Sequence record: SRR20825006_727
Reading direction: 5' to 3' (one strand)
Length of the DNA: 45,226 nt
The position numbers were made by a program, and so were the translations under genes. Positions 29,327 to 38,273 of the stretch are shown piece after piece; positions within the stretch are counted from its first letter, which is position 1; every line of letters starts with the position of its first letter. The notes beneath the pieces were generated by a model. The model did no database searches and was not told where the DNA came from. It saw only the letters and a list, made by a program, of their open reading frames with translations.

Positions 29327-30382
29327 TTAAGCCACAGCCACTTTTTTGAACTGTGTTAATTTGTATCGTTCTACTTTTTCTGTCAGAAACTCGTCCAAAA
29401 TCATCTCCAGTTGGGCTGTTTCGATTAAGAATCCATCGTGTCCAAAATCCGACGTTATTTGAGCAAACCCAGCATCTGGAATCCATTCCGACAAGAATAT
29501 TTGTTCGTTCGGAGGGAAGAGTTGGTCAGAATCTATTGCGACAACAAGCGTGCGAGCCTCTACCAATCCAAGTGCTTCTTCCAACGACTTTCGATTCCGT
29601 CCTGCATGATGCGCATCCATTGCATTCAACAGTGTTACGTAAGAGTAAGCGTTAAATCGATTCGCTAATTTTTGCCCTTGGTATTTCTGATAACCGCTGG
29701 CGCTAAAATTGATCGTTTTTTCCTCACTTTGATCCGTTTGCGTCGCAACATAACCAGCATAAGAACGATAACTCAACATTGCCAGACTTCTCGCAGCTAC
29801 TAATCCTGCTTTTCCGCCATTAATGACATCATTTCCAAAAGTCACATCCGCCGCAATTGCCAGTCGTTGGCTCTCATTGAATGCAATTCCGTAGGCCGAA
29901 TGACGTGCGTTCGTTGCAATTAAGCACAGCTGATCTATTACTTTTGGTTGAGAAATAGCCCATTCCAATGCTTGTTGTCCACCCAATGATGCGCCAATCA
30001 GTAAAGAAATTCGGTCGATTCTGAGTCGTTTCCGAACCTCATCAAAAAGTTGCGCTTGATCTCGTGTGGTAACTAACGGGAATTTATCCAGCAAAGGACG
30101 TTTATTTTCCTCTGGACTCGTCGGTCCCGTTGTCCCATAGCACGATCCTAAGGCATTCACACAGATAATGAAATACTCGTTTGGATCAAACAATTTCGCG
30201 ACTCCAAATAATCCATTCCACCAGTCAAAAACATCGCTGTTTGCCGTGAGCGCATGACACACCCAAATCACGTTTGATTTTAGAGCATTTAATGTTCCAT
30301 AGGAAGAGAATGTTGCTTCAACGTTCGGGAGAATTTCTCCAGATTCCAACTCAAAGGATCCTATTTTCAAGGTATTTTTCAT
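29327..30382 (-). CDS. metX: Homoserine O-acetyltransferase
   Basis: CHALTAN, GSCYGTTGP, GASLGG nucleophile, DQLFP and GHDGFL triad. Confidence 0.92.
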   Translation of the reverse strand: MKNTLKIGSFELESGEILPNVEATFSSYGTLNALKSNVIWVCHALTANSDVFDWWNGLFGVAKLFDPNEYFIICVNALGSCYGTTGPTSPEENKRPLLDKFPLVTTRDQAQLFDEVRKRLRIDRISLLIGASLGGQQALEWAISQPKVIDQLCLIATNARHSAYGIAFNESQRLAIAADVTFGNDVINGGKAGLVAARSLAMLSYRSYAGYVATQTDQSEEKTINFSASGYQKYQGQKLANRFNAYSYVTLLNAMDAHHAGRNRKSLEEALGLVEARTLVVAIDSDQLFPPNEQIFLSEWIPDAGFAQITSDFGHDGFLIETAQLEMILDEFLTEKVERYKLTQFKKVAVA

Positions 30383-30396
30383 TGTTCTGAATTTTT

Positions 30397-31731
<1,335 letters not shown>

Positions 31732-31752
31732 TTAAATTGAAAAATAAAGGAG

Positions 31753-31796
31753 GAATACGCCAAAAGGCATCGGGCCCTGATGTCCGAGGCATATTC
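31753..31796 (-). terminator. Putative attenuator (3:4) hairpin between the leader ORF and metY
   Basis: Transcript reads GAAUAUGCC-UC-GGACAUC-AGGGCCC-GAUGCC-UUUU-GGCGUAUUC then CUCCUUUAUUUUU. The U-tract is offset by 4 nt, so an intrinsic terminator is uncertain. Confidence 0.55.
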
Positions 31797-31819
31797 AAGA
31801 ATACTGACTAATCAGAAAA

Positions 31820-31939
31820 TTAGCAGCACATACAGCAACAGCACATGGCTACTGTGTAGGAAGTAAAATAAGGGATACCAAAATTGTTCTGATTAAAATC
31901 AGAAACGTGTTGTGTGTAAGATGTTTTGTTTGCGTTCAT
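31820..31939 (-). CDS. Met/Cys-rich leader peptide, 39 aa: MNANKTSYTQHVSDFNQNNFGIPYFTSYTVAMCCCCMCC
   Basis: Read directly from the minus strand; ends ATG TGC TGT TGC TGT ATG TGC TGC TAA. Lies between the SAM riboswitch and metY and is below the ORF-track size cutoff. Confidence 0.8.
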   Translation of the reverse strand: MNANKTSYTQHVSDFNQNNFGIPYFTSYTVAMCCCCMCC

Positions 31940-31947
31940 CACAATTC

Positions 31948-32074
31948 ATTTATATTCTCCCACCATTGGGATCAGGAATTGGCACCGGTTTTCCAATACT
32001 AACGTGTTTCGTTAGCACTTAAAGTTGGTTGCCAGAGGGTCTCAGAGCCTGTCTCTAACCTCTTCTGTATAAAT
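31948..32074 (-). ncRNA. SAM-I (S-box) riboswitch aptamer
   Basis: P1 AUUUAUA/UAUAAAU; P2 GAGG..AGAG-ACAGG-CUCU..CCUC; conserved GGCAACC...GGUGCCAAUUCC; P3 extension AGUGCUAACG/CGUUAGUAUU; P4 UCCCA/UGGGA; pseudoknot CAGG/CCUG. Located upstream of the met operon. Confidence 0.9.
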
Positions 32075-32107
32075 CACAACACTGCTCGATTGCAGCTAAT
32101 GATGCCA

Positions 32108-32115
32108 CAAATATC
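32108..32115 (-). promoter_or_regulatory. Putative -7 promoter element of the met operon
   Basis: GATATTTG (one mismatch to TAnnTTTG) with TTG 21 nt upstream, about 33 nt before P1. Confidence 0.4.
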
Positions 32116-32170
32116 TTAAATTTGTTTTCAAGTACACAAGTATTTTTCATAAAAAAATTAAACTCAGCAA

Positions 32171-32575
32171 ATGAAAAAACGTCTTACGCCAATGGTACTG
32201 GCGATCACAGCGATTTTTATTTTTTTAGGTGTTTTCGTTTATCAACGTTATTTAGCTCCGATGATTGACAATAATCTGTCTACGGAATTGTCAATCGACT
32301 TAAATGCTCGAAAAAAAATCATGCTCAGCAAGGATGCAAACCGAGGAAAAGTGTACAGCATTGAATTAGAATTTTCAGGAAAAAGTGCGTCGAACTTGCA
32401 GCTAATTATTGGCGAATCGGAACACAAATTTAGTCAGGTAATCCAACTTAAAAAGGGAGAGATTGATTTCGATTATGTGAATGATTGGTATTCTGACAGT
32501 TGCTACATTGAAGTTACCTCCGATTCTCCATCTTCGGGTAAACTTGATATTTCCTATCGTTTTCTAACACTCTGA
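32171..32575 (+). CDS. Hypothetical protein with N-terminal membrane anchor
   Basis: 134-aa ORF, hydrophobic N-terminus and beta-rich domain (YVNDWYSDSC). Confidence 0.65.
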   Translation: MKKRLTPMVLAITAIFIFLGVFVYQRYLAPMIDNNLSTELSIDLNARKKIMLSKDANRGKVYSIELEFSGKSASNLQLIIGESEHKFSQVIQLKKGEIDFDYVNDWYSDSCYIEVTSDSPSSGKLDISYRFLTL

Positions 32576-32639
32576 TTAAAAAGCGAATATTGTTCAGTCG
32601 AATCCAAGTATGCTCGCCAACTATTCCTATTTTTAAATC

Positions 32640-33668
32640 ATGAAAATTAACAAAGCTGCTTCTTGGATGGTGATTATCACCATTATTCTTCTCGCTTTAA
32701 CCTATGGAAAGTCAATCATTCTTCCATTTATTATTGCGGCTTTAATTTGGTTTGTTGTAAAAAAAATGCGCAACATGCTCGATAAAATTGGCTTTGTAAA
32801 CCGTTACATTCCCAAGTGGATTAAGACCATTTTTGCGACCTTTTTTATTTTTGGTCTATTGATTATCACCGCACACATGTTGACCGTGAACATTGAGCAA
32901 ATTGTTGCGTCTTACGAGAGCTACTCGCCTAATGTCGAGGTGATTTCTAAAGAAATAAGCGATCTATTGAATATTAATCTTGACGAACAAATTAGCAATT
33001 TCTTTAAGTGGGAAAACATCAGTCCACATTTTGAATCGGTTTTTAGCTCACTTTCGGAGTTGCTTGGAAATATGATTCTCGTATTATTCTATGTGCTGTT
33101 TCTGTTCCTTGAAGAAAATTTGTTTCAACAGAAAGTACTTTTGCTTTTTCAAAGTCAAGAACAACAACTTAAGTTTAGCGGAGCAATGTTGAAAATTGAT
33201 AAAATGTTGGGGAGTTATATTAGTTTGAAATCGCTTGTGAGTTTTACAACTGCTTTTTTGAGCTTCATAATTTTTCTTTGCATAGGCATTGATAGTCCAT
33301 TTTTCTGGGCAGCATTGATTTTCTTATTCAATTTCATTCCTTCGATTGGTTCCATTTTGGCTACAATGCTTCCTGCACTCTTCTCATTAATTCAATTTGG
33401 AGAATTCTTACCGTTTGCTATTATCGTATTTGTTGTTGGAGGAGTTCAAGTCCTTGTGGGGAACTATTTGGAACCCAAACTCATGGGAAATACGTTAAAT
33501 ATCAGCCCGCTAGTTACAATATTTTCCCTTGCACTTTGGGGAAGCATTTGGGGAATTACGGGAATGTTGTTGAGCGTTCCAATTACTGTAGCGTTGATTA
33601 TTATTCTCTCCCAATTTCAGTCTACGCGACCAATTGCGATTATGCTTTCGGAGAAGGGAAGGTTGTAG
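32640..33668 (+). CDS. AI-2E family transporter
   Basis: Multi-TM protein; FNFIPSIGS, GNYLEPKLMGNTLNISPL and WGITGMLLSVP. Confidence 0.9.
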   Translation: MKINKAASWMVIITIILLALTYGKSIILPFIIAALIWFVVKKMRNMLDKIGFVNRYIPKWIKTIFATFFIFGLLIITAHMLTVNIEQIVASYESYSPNVEVISKEISDLLNINLDEQISNFFKWENISPHFESVFSSLSELLGNMILVLFYVLFLFLEENLFQQKVLLLFQSQEQQLKFSGAMLKIDKMLGSYISLKSLVSFTTAFLSFIIFLCIGIDSPFFWAALIFLFNFIPSIGSILATMLPALFSLIQFGEFLPFAIIVFVVGGVQVLVGNYLEPKLMGNTLNISPLVTIFSLALWGSIWGITGMLLSVPITVALIIILSQFQSTRPIAIMLSEKGRL

Positions 33669-33671
33669 AAT

Positions 33672-33697
33672 GTGGGCTTCGACTCCGCTCAGCCCAC
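33672..33697 (-). repeat. REP-like hairpin, GAG...TCGA type
   Basis: Minus strand gtgggct-gagcggagtcga-agcccac; a partial duplicate cgttcagcccacgataaa lies at 33709-33726. Confidence 0.6.
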
Positions 33698-33804
33698 GAT
33701 AAAACTTTCGTTCAGCCCACGATAAATTTCGCTCCGATAATAGTTACTTTCACTAAATCCACTTCATATTTCTCTTTGAAGAATAATGTGTTTTAGTCAC
33801 CTCC

Positions 33805-33826
33805 CTAACCCTCCTCGAGGAGGGAA
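33805..33826 (+). repeat. REP-like palindrome, CCCTAR-CCC..TCGA..GGG-AA type
   Basis: Perfect 16-bp palindrome ccctcctcgaggaggg at 33809-33824. Confidence 0.6.
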
Positions 33827-33867
33827 ATAAATTGTGTTTTGAGTCAAACATGAAGCAAGAATACAGA

Positions 33868-33888
33868 GGGTTGAGGCTCTCGAAACCC
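33868..33888 (+). repeat. REP-like hairpin, GAG...TCGA type (inverted relative to 33672)
   Basis: gggtt-gaggctctcga-aaccc followed by repeated cgaaacc. Confidence 0.5.
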
Positions 33889-33920
33889 GAAACCCGAAAT
33901 TCTTACTAAAAATGATTTTT

Positions 33921-35132
33921 TTACTTCAAATTAAACTGTTGTTCCGCTAAATCTGCGACGTATCCACCAATAGCCAACGAAGCCGTAGCCGCTGGTGAAG
34001 GTGCATTCAACACGTGAATTGCATTTTCATGGTATTCGATACGGAAATCATCACGCGTATCACCATCTTGGCGAAGCAACAATGCACGTACTCCCGAACG
34101 CCCAGGTTTGATATCATCCATTGTTAAATCTGGAACCATTCGTTGAAGCGTTTTTAAGAAAAGTTTCTTCGAAAATGCTCTTCGGTATTCGTTGATTCCA
34201 AAGCTCATATTATTGAAGAATAGTTTCCACGTTCCGCCATAAGTTAATGCGTCCCACGTATCTCTCATTGAGAAATCCGTTTTTCCGTATCCTTCTCTTT
34301 TAAAGGTGAATACAGCATTCGGCCCGCATTCGATTTCTCCATCCGTCATTCGCGTAAAGTGAACTCCTAAGAATGGAAAATCTGGATTTGGAACTGGGTA
34401 AATGAGGTTCTTGATCTTGTGTTTTGCTTGATCCGTTAATTCGTAGTAATCTCCACGGAAACCAACGACTTTTTCCTTCAGGTTCACACCGTCCTTTTTA
34501 GCCATTCGATCCGCTTGTAAACCAGCACAAAAAACAAGATTTTTCGCTGAAATTTTTCCTTTGTTGGTGATCAATGTAGAAATACTATCTCCTTTTTCAA
34601 TGTCCGTTACTTCGTGACCTAAGAACGTTTTGCTTTCGGGTTGCATTGCCAGAGCTAAATCAACCATTTTTGCAGTTGCTCCTCGGAAATCGATAATTCC
34701 AGTGCATGGAACCCAAATTCCACCTATACTTTCGCAATATGGCTCAATTTCTTTAACTTGTTCAGCAGTAATTTTTTCAATTCCTTCAATCTTGTTTTCT
34801 AATCCGATTTGAAAGATTTTGTCCATGTTCGCCAATTCCTTCTCCTCAGTTGCCACGACAACTTTTCCGCAAATATCGTGGTCAATTTTATGTTCTTTGG
34901 CAAAAGCAACCAATTCATGTCGACCTTGAATACAATTTTTCGCTTTCAACGACCCTGGTTTATAGTATAATCCTGAGTGAATAACCCCTGAATTGTGTCC
35001 AGTTTGATGATCCGCCACAATATCTTCCTTTTCAACCAAAGCTATTTTCAAATTCGGATTCCGCTGTTGAAGCTTGTAAAACGTTGCTGCTCCTACTATT
35101 CCACCGCCGATGATTGCAATATCGTATGTCAT
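33921..35132 (-). CDS. lhgO: L-2-hydroxyglutarate oxidase (FAD-dependent)
   Basis: IIGGGIVG, HQTGHNSGVIHSGLYYKPGSLKA, FPFLGVHFT and NAPSPAATASL. Confidence 0.92.
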   Translation of the reverse strand: MTYDIAIIGGGIVGAATFYKLQQRNPNLKIALVEKEDIVADHQTGHNSGVIHSGLYYKPGSLKAKNCIQGRHELVAFAKEHKIDHDICGKVVVATEEKELANMDKIFQIGLENKIEGIEKITAEQVKEIEPYCESIGGIWVPCTGIIDFRGATAKMVDLALAMQPESKTFLGHEVTDIEKGDSISTLITNKGKISAKNLVFCAGLQADRMAKKDGVNLKEKVVGFRGDYYELTDQAKHKIKNLIYPVPNPDFPFLGVHFTRMTDGEIECGPNAVFTFKREGYGKTDFSMRDTWDALTYGGTWKLFFNNMSFGINEYRRAFSKKLFLKTLQRMVPDLTMDDIKPGRSGVRALLLRQDGDTRDDFRIEYHENAIHVLNAPSPAATASLAIGGYVADLAEQQFNLK

Positions 35133-35158
35133 TTTTTGATCGTTATGATTTTAAGGTG

Positions 35159-35166
35159 CAAAGTTA
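35159..35166 (-). promoter_or_regulatory. -7 promoter element for lhgO
   Basis: TAACTTTG on the minus strand, 26 nt before ATG 35132. Confidence 0.6.
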
Positions 35167-35186
35167 ATGAAAGATGCTAAATTTTG

Positions 35187-35376
35187 GACGTAAGACTGGA
35201 AGACAGAAGACGTAAGACTAAAAGATTAAAGACTACAAGACTGGAAGACGTTAGGATAGGAAGACTGGAAGGCGTAAGACGTAAGATTAAAAGATGAAAG
35301 ACATAAGACTGGAAGACTGGAAGACTGGAAGACGTTAGGATAGAAAGACTATAAGACAAAAGACGTAAGACTAAAA
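35187..35376. repeat. Degenerate tandem array of 25 units of 7-8 nt (mostly GAY-N2-3-AA)
   Basis: gacgtaa gactggaa gacagaa gacgtaa gactaaaa gattaaa ... gactggaa x3 ... gacgtaa gactaaaa. Confidence 0.9.
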
Positions 35377-35385
35377 CCAGATTTA

Positions 35386-37086
35386 TCAGTTCATTTTGTA
35401 GATGGGCAGAATGTTGTGTGAAGGCTCGTAGAACTTACTTCGTTGGTAGAGATAATACAATTGTGCCCAAGTGCTTTTTGCGAAGTCGGGATCGTTTTTC
35501 TTTTTTTGATCAAAATCGAATTGGATGGAAATATCACTTTTAAGCATTTGGCTTGCGTAGTCTTCAAAAACGTAGGGCGAGAAATATTCCTTTTGTTGGA
35601 GATAGCTATCGAAAAAATTCCAGTTGAAATAACTGTCCTCCATTTCTGGTTCGAGAACGGAAAGTATAAATCTACGATTAGGCTGATTGGTAGGAATAAA
35701 GACAAATCGCCCAATGAGGTTTTTAGCGTCCTTGGAGCTAGTTTCTATGATTGTTTTACTGTGCACGAAGTGTCCTTCATACGGCGTTTTTGGCGAGTCA
35801 AAACTAACTACTTTCAATTGTGTTAATCGATCAGTAAGCACGTTCTCGCTGAACTTTACATTGTTGGCTTTGAGCCTTTCCAACACTTCTTTATTCTGAA
35901 CTCCTACAACATAATACGCTGGAATCGAAACCGAATCTGTCGCGCGATAGTGATTGTAGAATGGAATGTATTTCTCAAAAGGCTTGTCCTCATGATATTT
36001 CAAACGTTTCAATCCAGTTACCTCACTCATTGGATAAGAATGCTCAAATCCACGAAATAGAATAGAATCCTTAATATCTGTGAGTTCATAATTGTAGTTA
36101 AACCAACTCAGTTTCTGATCATATTCAAATGCGCTTTTTCTAGCATTCTCGATTGATTCTTTGTGAGTCCCAGACCAATTGATTGTTTCTTCCAAGAATT
36201 TAAGAGTGGCTTGCGTTCGCGCTGGAAACGGTTTCAACATGTGGGTTTCAACGGTAAAACTAATCGTGTGAAAAAGCGAAGCATATCCCATCGAATACCT
36301 TGGAAGATCGTTAAATACTACCATTCCTTTTTCTGGAACGTCCTCTTTCAAATCCACATAAGGAATTAGCGGGAAGTTTAATTTCTCCAACTCTGTGCTC
36401 AAAGCTGGAATCATTTCTTCGTGAACAATTTTTGCCATGGAAGGTGCCATTCGTTCTTTCATCGAGGCGATATACGTGAGCGTGTATTGATAATCCGCTC
36501 CGTTCGAAACGTGGGTATCAATAAAGATATCTGGATTCAACCCATGAAAAATACGCACAAACGTAAACGCGTTTTCTGAGTCCATTTTGATGAAATCTCT
36601 ATTTAAGTCTAGGTTTTTCGCATTGCCTCGAAAACCGTATTCTTCTGGTCCATCTTGGTTCGCTCTACTTGAAGAAGAACGGTTCATTGCTCCACCAACA
36701 TTATACGTTGGAATTATTGCAATGACAGGAAGATTGTTGGTTTTCTTTCCTTGCTTAATCCAGTTTTCAATCCAAAGAAGACATGCATTAATTCCATCTG
36801 GCTCTCCAGGGTGGATTCCGTTGTTCACCAAGATTGTTGTTTCTTTCCTCGCTTTCTCAAAGGTAGACAATGAATCTTTTCCTCCGTTTACAACACAGAG
36901 ATAAATCGGTAGTCCGTAATCCGATTGTCCCATATTGAACAACTGAATTTCGGAATGCTCGCTCGCTAGCTTTTTATACATCTGCACGAGTTCTGAGTAG
37001 GTTGGCGTTGTGTTTCCGTCTAGTTGGGCGTTTGCTGATAATACGGATAAGATAAGCAAGACAGATATGAACAGAAATTTAGTCAT
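35386..37086 (-). CDS. M14-family zinc carboxypeptidase-like protein
   Basis: Signal peptide; GIHPGEPDG (HxxE), NLDLNRDF and DTHVSNG. Confidence 0.85.
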   Translation of the reverse strand: MTKFLFISVLLILSVLSANAQLDGNTTPTYSELVQMYKKLASEHSEIQLFNMGQSDYGLPIYLCVVNGGKDSLSTFEKARKETTILVNNGIHPGEPDGINACLLWIENWIKQGKKTNNLPVIAIIPTYNVGGAMNRSSSSRANQDGPEEYGFRGNAKNLDLNRDFIKMDSENAFTFVRIFHGLNPDIFIDTHVSNGADYQYTLTYIASMKERMAPSMAKIVHEEMIPALSTELEKLNFPLIPYVDLKEDVPEKGMVVFNDLPRYSMGYASLFHTISFTVETHMLKPFPARTQATLKFLEETINWSGTHKESIENARKSAFEYDQKLSWFNYNYELTDIKDSILFRGFEHSYPMSEVTGLKRLKYHEDKPFEKYIPFYNHYRATDSVSIPAYYVVGVQNKEVLERLKANNVKFSENVLTDRLTQLKVVSFDSPKTPYEGHFVHSKTIIETSSKDAKNLIGRFVFIPTNQPNRRFILSVLEPEMEDSYFNWNFFDSYLQQKEYFSPYVFEDYASQMLKSDISIQFDFDQKKKNDPDFAKSTWAQLYYLYQRSKFYEPSHNILPIYKMN

Positions 37087-37124
37087 TATTGTTTTTTTCG
37101 GTTGAGACGAATTTAGGGAAAATA

Positions 37125-37287
37125 GATTTGAGGATGGTTAGACAGTGAGACAAAGGATGAAAGATCAAAGATGAAGGATTAAAGACAACAAGATGTTAAG
37201 ACTGTAAGATGACAGACAAGGAGATATTAAGATCGTAAGACAGTGAGACAAAGGAAGAAAGATGGAGGACGAAGGATCATGGATTAA
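37125..37287. repeat. Degenerate tandem array of about 22 units of 7-8 nt beginning GAY
   Basis: gatttgag gatggtta gacagtga gacaaag gatgaaa gatcaaa ... gacagtga gacaaag ... gatcatg gattaa. Confidence 0.85.
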
Positions 37288-37306
37288 GAGAATTCTATAA
37301 TGGTTT

Positions 37307-37546
37307 TTATTTTTCGAAGCTGTCTAATAATTCATCATTTCCTTTTTTCTTCAATTCTCCGTCCACCTTCCGCTGAAGTGAGTAAATGTTTTGAAAATAA
37401 ACTGTTGCAGACAATACTATATATGAGAATATGGCTCCTATAAATAGAAAAACTGAGCTATCTCTTCCTGTTTTAATTGTGATAGCTTCATTCAGCATTC
37501 CACCGACTAAAAGTGAAATAAGAATCCGCACCCATCGCTTTTTCAT
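37307..37546 (-). CDS. Small two-TM hypothetical membrane protein
   Basis: 79-aa ORF with two hydrophobic segments and an acidic ELLD tail. Confidence 0.6.
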   Translation of the reverse strand: MKKRWVRILISLLVGGMLNEAITIKTGRDSSVFLFIGAIFSYIVLSATVYFQNIYSLQRKVDGELKKKGNDELLDSFEK

Positions 37547-37583
37547 TTGAATAATTTTAGTCCATAAACATAAGGATTTTCCC

Positions 37584-37591
37584 TAACTTTG
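37584..37591 (+). promoter_or_regulatory. -7 promoter element 4 nt before the trmD start
   Basis: TAACTTTG-ccct-ATG. Confidence 0.6.
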
Positions 37592-37595
37592 CCCT

Positions 37596-38273
37596 ATGCG
37601 TATAGACATTCTTACCATTCTCCCCGATTTGCTTAACGGTCCGTTTTCGGATTCGATTATGAAGCGCGCGCAGGAAAAAGGTCACTTGGAAATTCACCTC
37701 CACAATATCCGTGATTATTCGACGGATAAACACAAAAATGTGGATGATTATCAATACGGTGGTGGCGCTGGAATGGTGATGTCTATTGAACCAATCGCTG
37801 CAGTGATAGAAAAATTGAAAGCCGAAAGAACGTACGATGAAATCATCTATATGACGCCTGATGGAGAATTGTTGGAGCAGCATATTTGCAACGATTTGAG
37901 CTTGAAAGGAAATCTGATGATCCTATGCGGACATTACAAAGGCGTGGATGATCGCGTGAGAGAACATTACATTACCCGTGAAATTTCAATTGGTTCATAC
38001 GTACTTTCTGGTGGTGAACTTGGTGCTGCCGTGCTTGTAGATAGCGTTGTTCGTTTGATTCCTGGCGTATTGAACGACGAAACTTCTGCTCTTACGGATA
38101 GTTTTCAAGACAATTTGCTTTCACCTCCTGTTTATACGCGACCACCAGAATTTAACGGTTGGAAAGTTCCTGAGGTGTTGATTTCTGGGAATTTCGCGAA
38201 GATTGAAGCTTGGAGAGAAGAAAAAGCGATGGAAAGAACGATTGCACGCAGACCCGATATTTTAGAAAAATGA
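37596..38273 (+). CDS. trmD: tRNA (guanine37-N1)-methyltransferase
   Basis: [37 protein letters not shown] and YTRPPEF. Confidence 0.96.
   Translation: MRIDILTILPDLLNGPFSDSIMKRAQEKGHLEIHLHNIRDYSTDKHKNVDDYQYGGGAGMVMSIEPIAAVIEKLKAERTYDEIIYMTPDGELLEQHICNDLSLKGNLMILCGHYKGVDDRVREHYITREISIGSYVLSGGELGAAVLVDSVVRLIPGVLNDETSALTDSFQDNLLSPPVYTRPPEFNGWKVPEVLISGNFAKIEAWREEKAMERTIARRPDILEK

Noticed and set aside
31820-31939. Leader peptide as a metallothionein or RiPP precursor
   Set aside because: No modifying enzymes, peptide exporters or metal-resistance genes are nearby; its position between a SAM riboswitch and metY points to regulation.
31899-31949. Alternative short ORF MNCDERKQNILHTTRF overlapping the leader in another frame
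   Set aside because: Its ATG overlaps the end of P1 and it has no informative codon run; the MCCCCMCC frame explains the region better, though a minor role is not excluded.
35177-35359. 60-aa Ser/Leu-rich ORF on the minus strand
   Set aside because: It is a translation of the 7-8-nt repeat array; low complexity and no sign of a real gene.
35187-37287. GAY arrays as CRISPR arrays
   Set aside because: Units are 7-8 nt with no constant 23-47-nt repeat, no unique spacers and no cas genes.
37557-37883. Antisense or nested ORFs in the track (this one, 29353-29655, 39899-40249, 44522-44854 and similar)
   Set aside because: They are shadows of well-supported genes on the opposite strand or in another frame, with no independent motifs.
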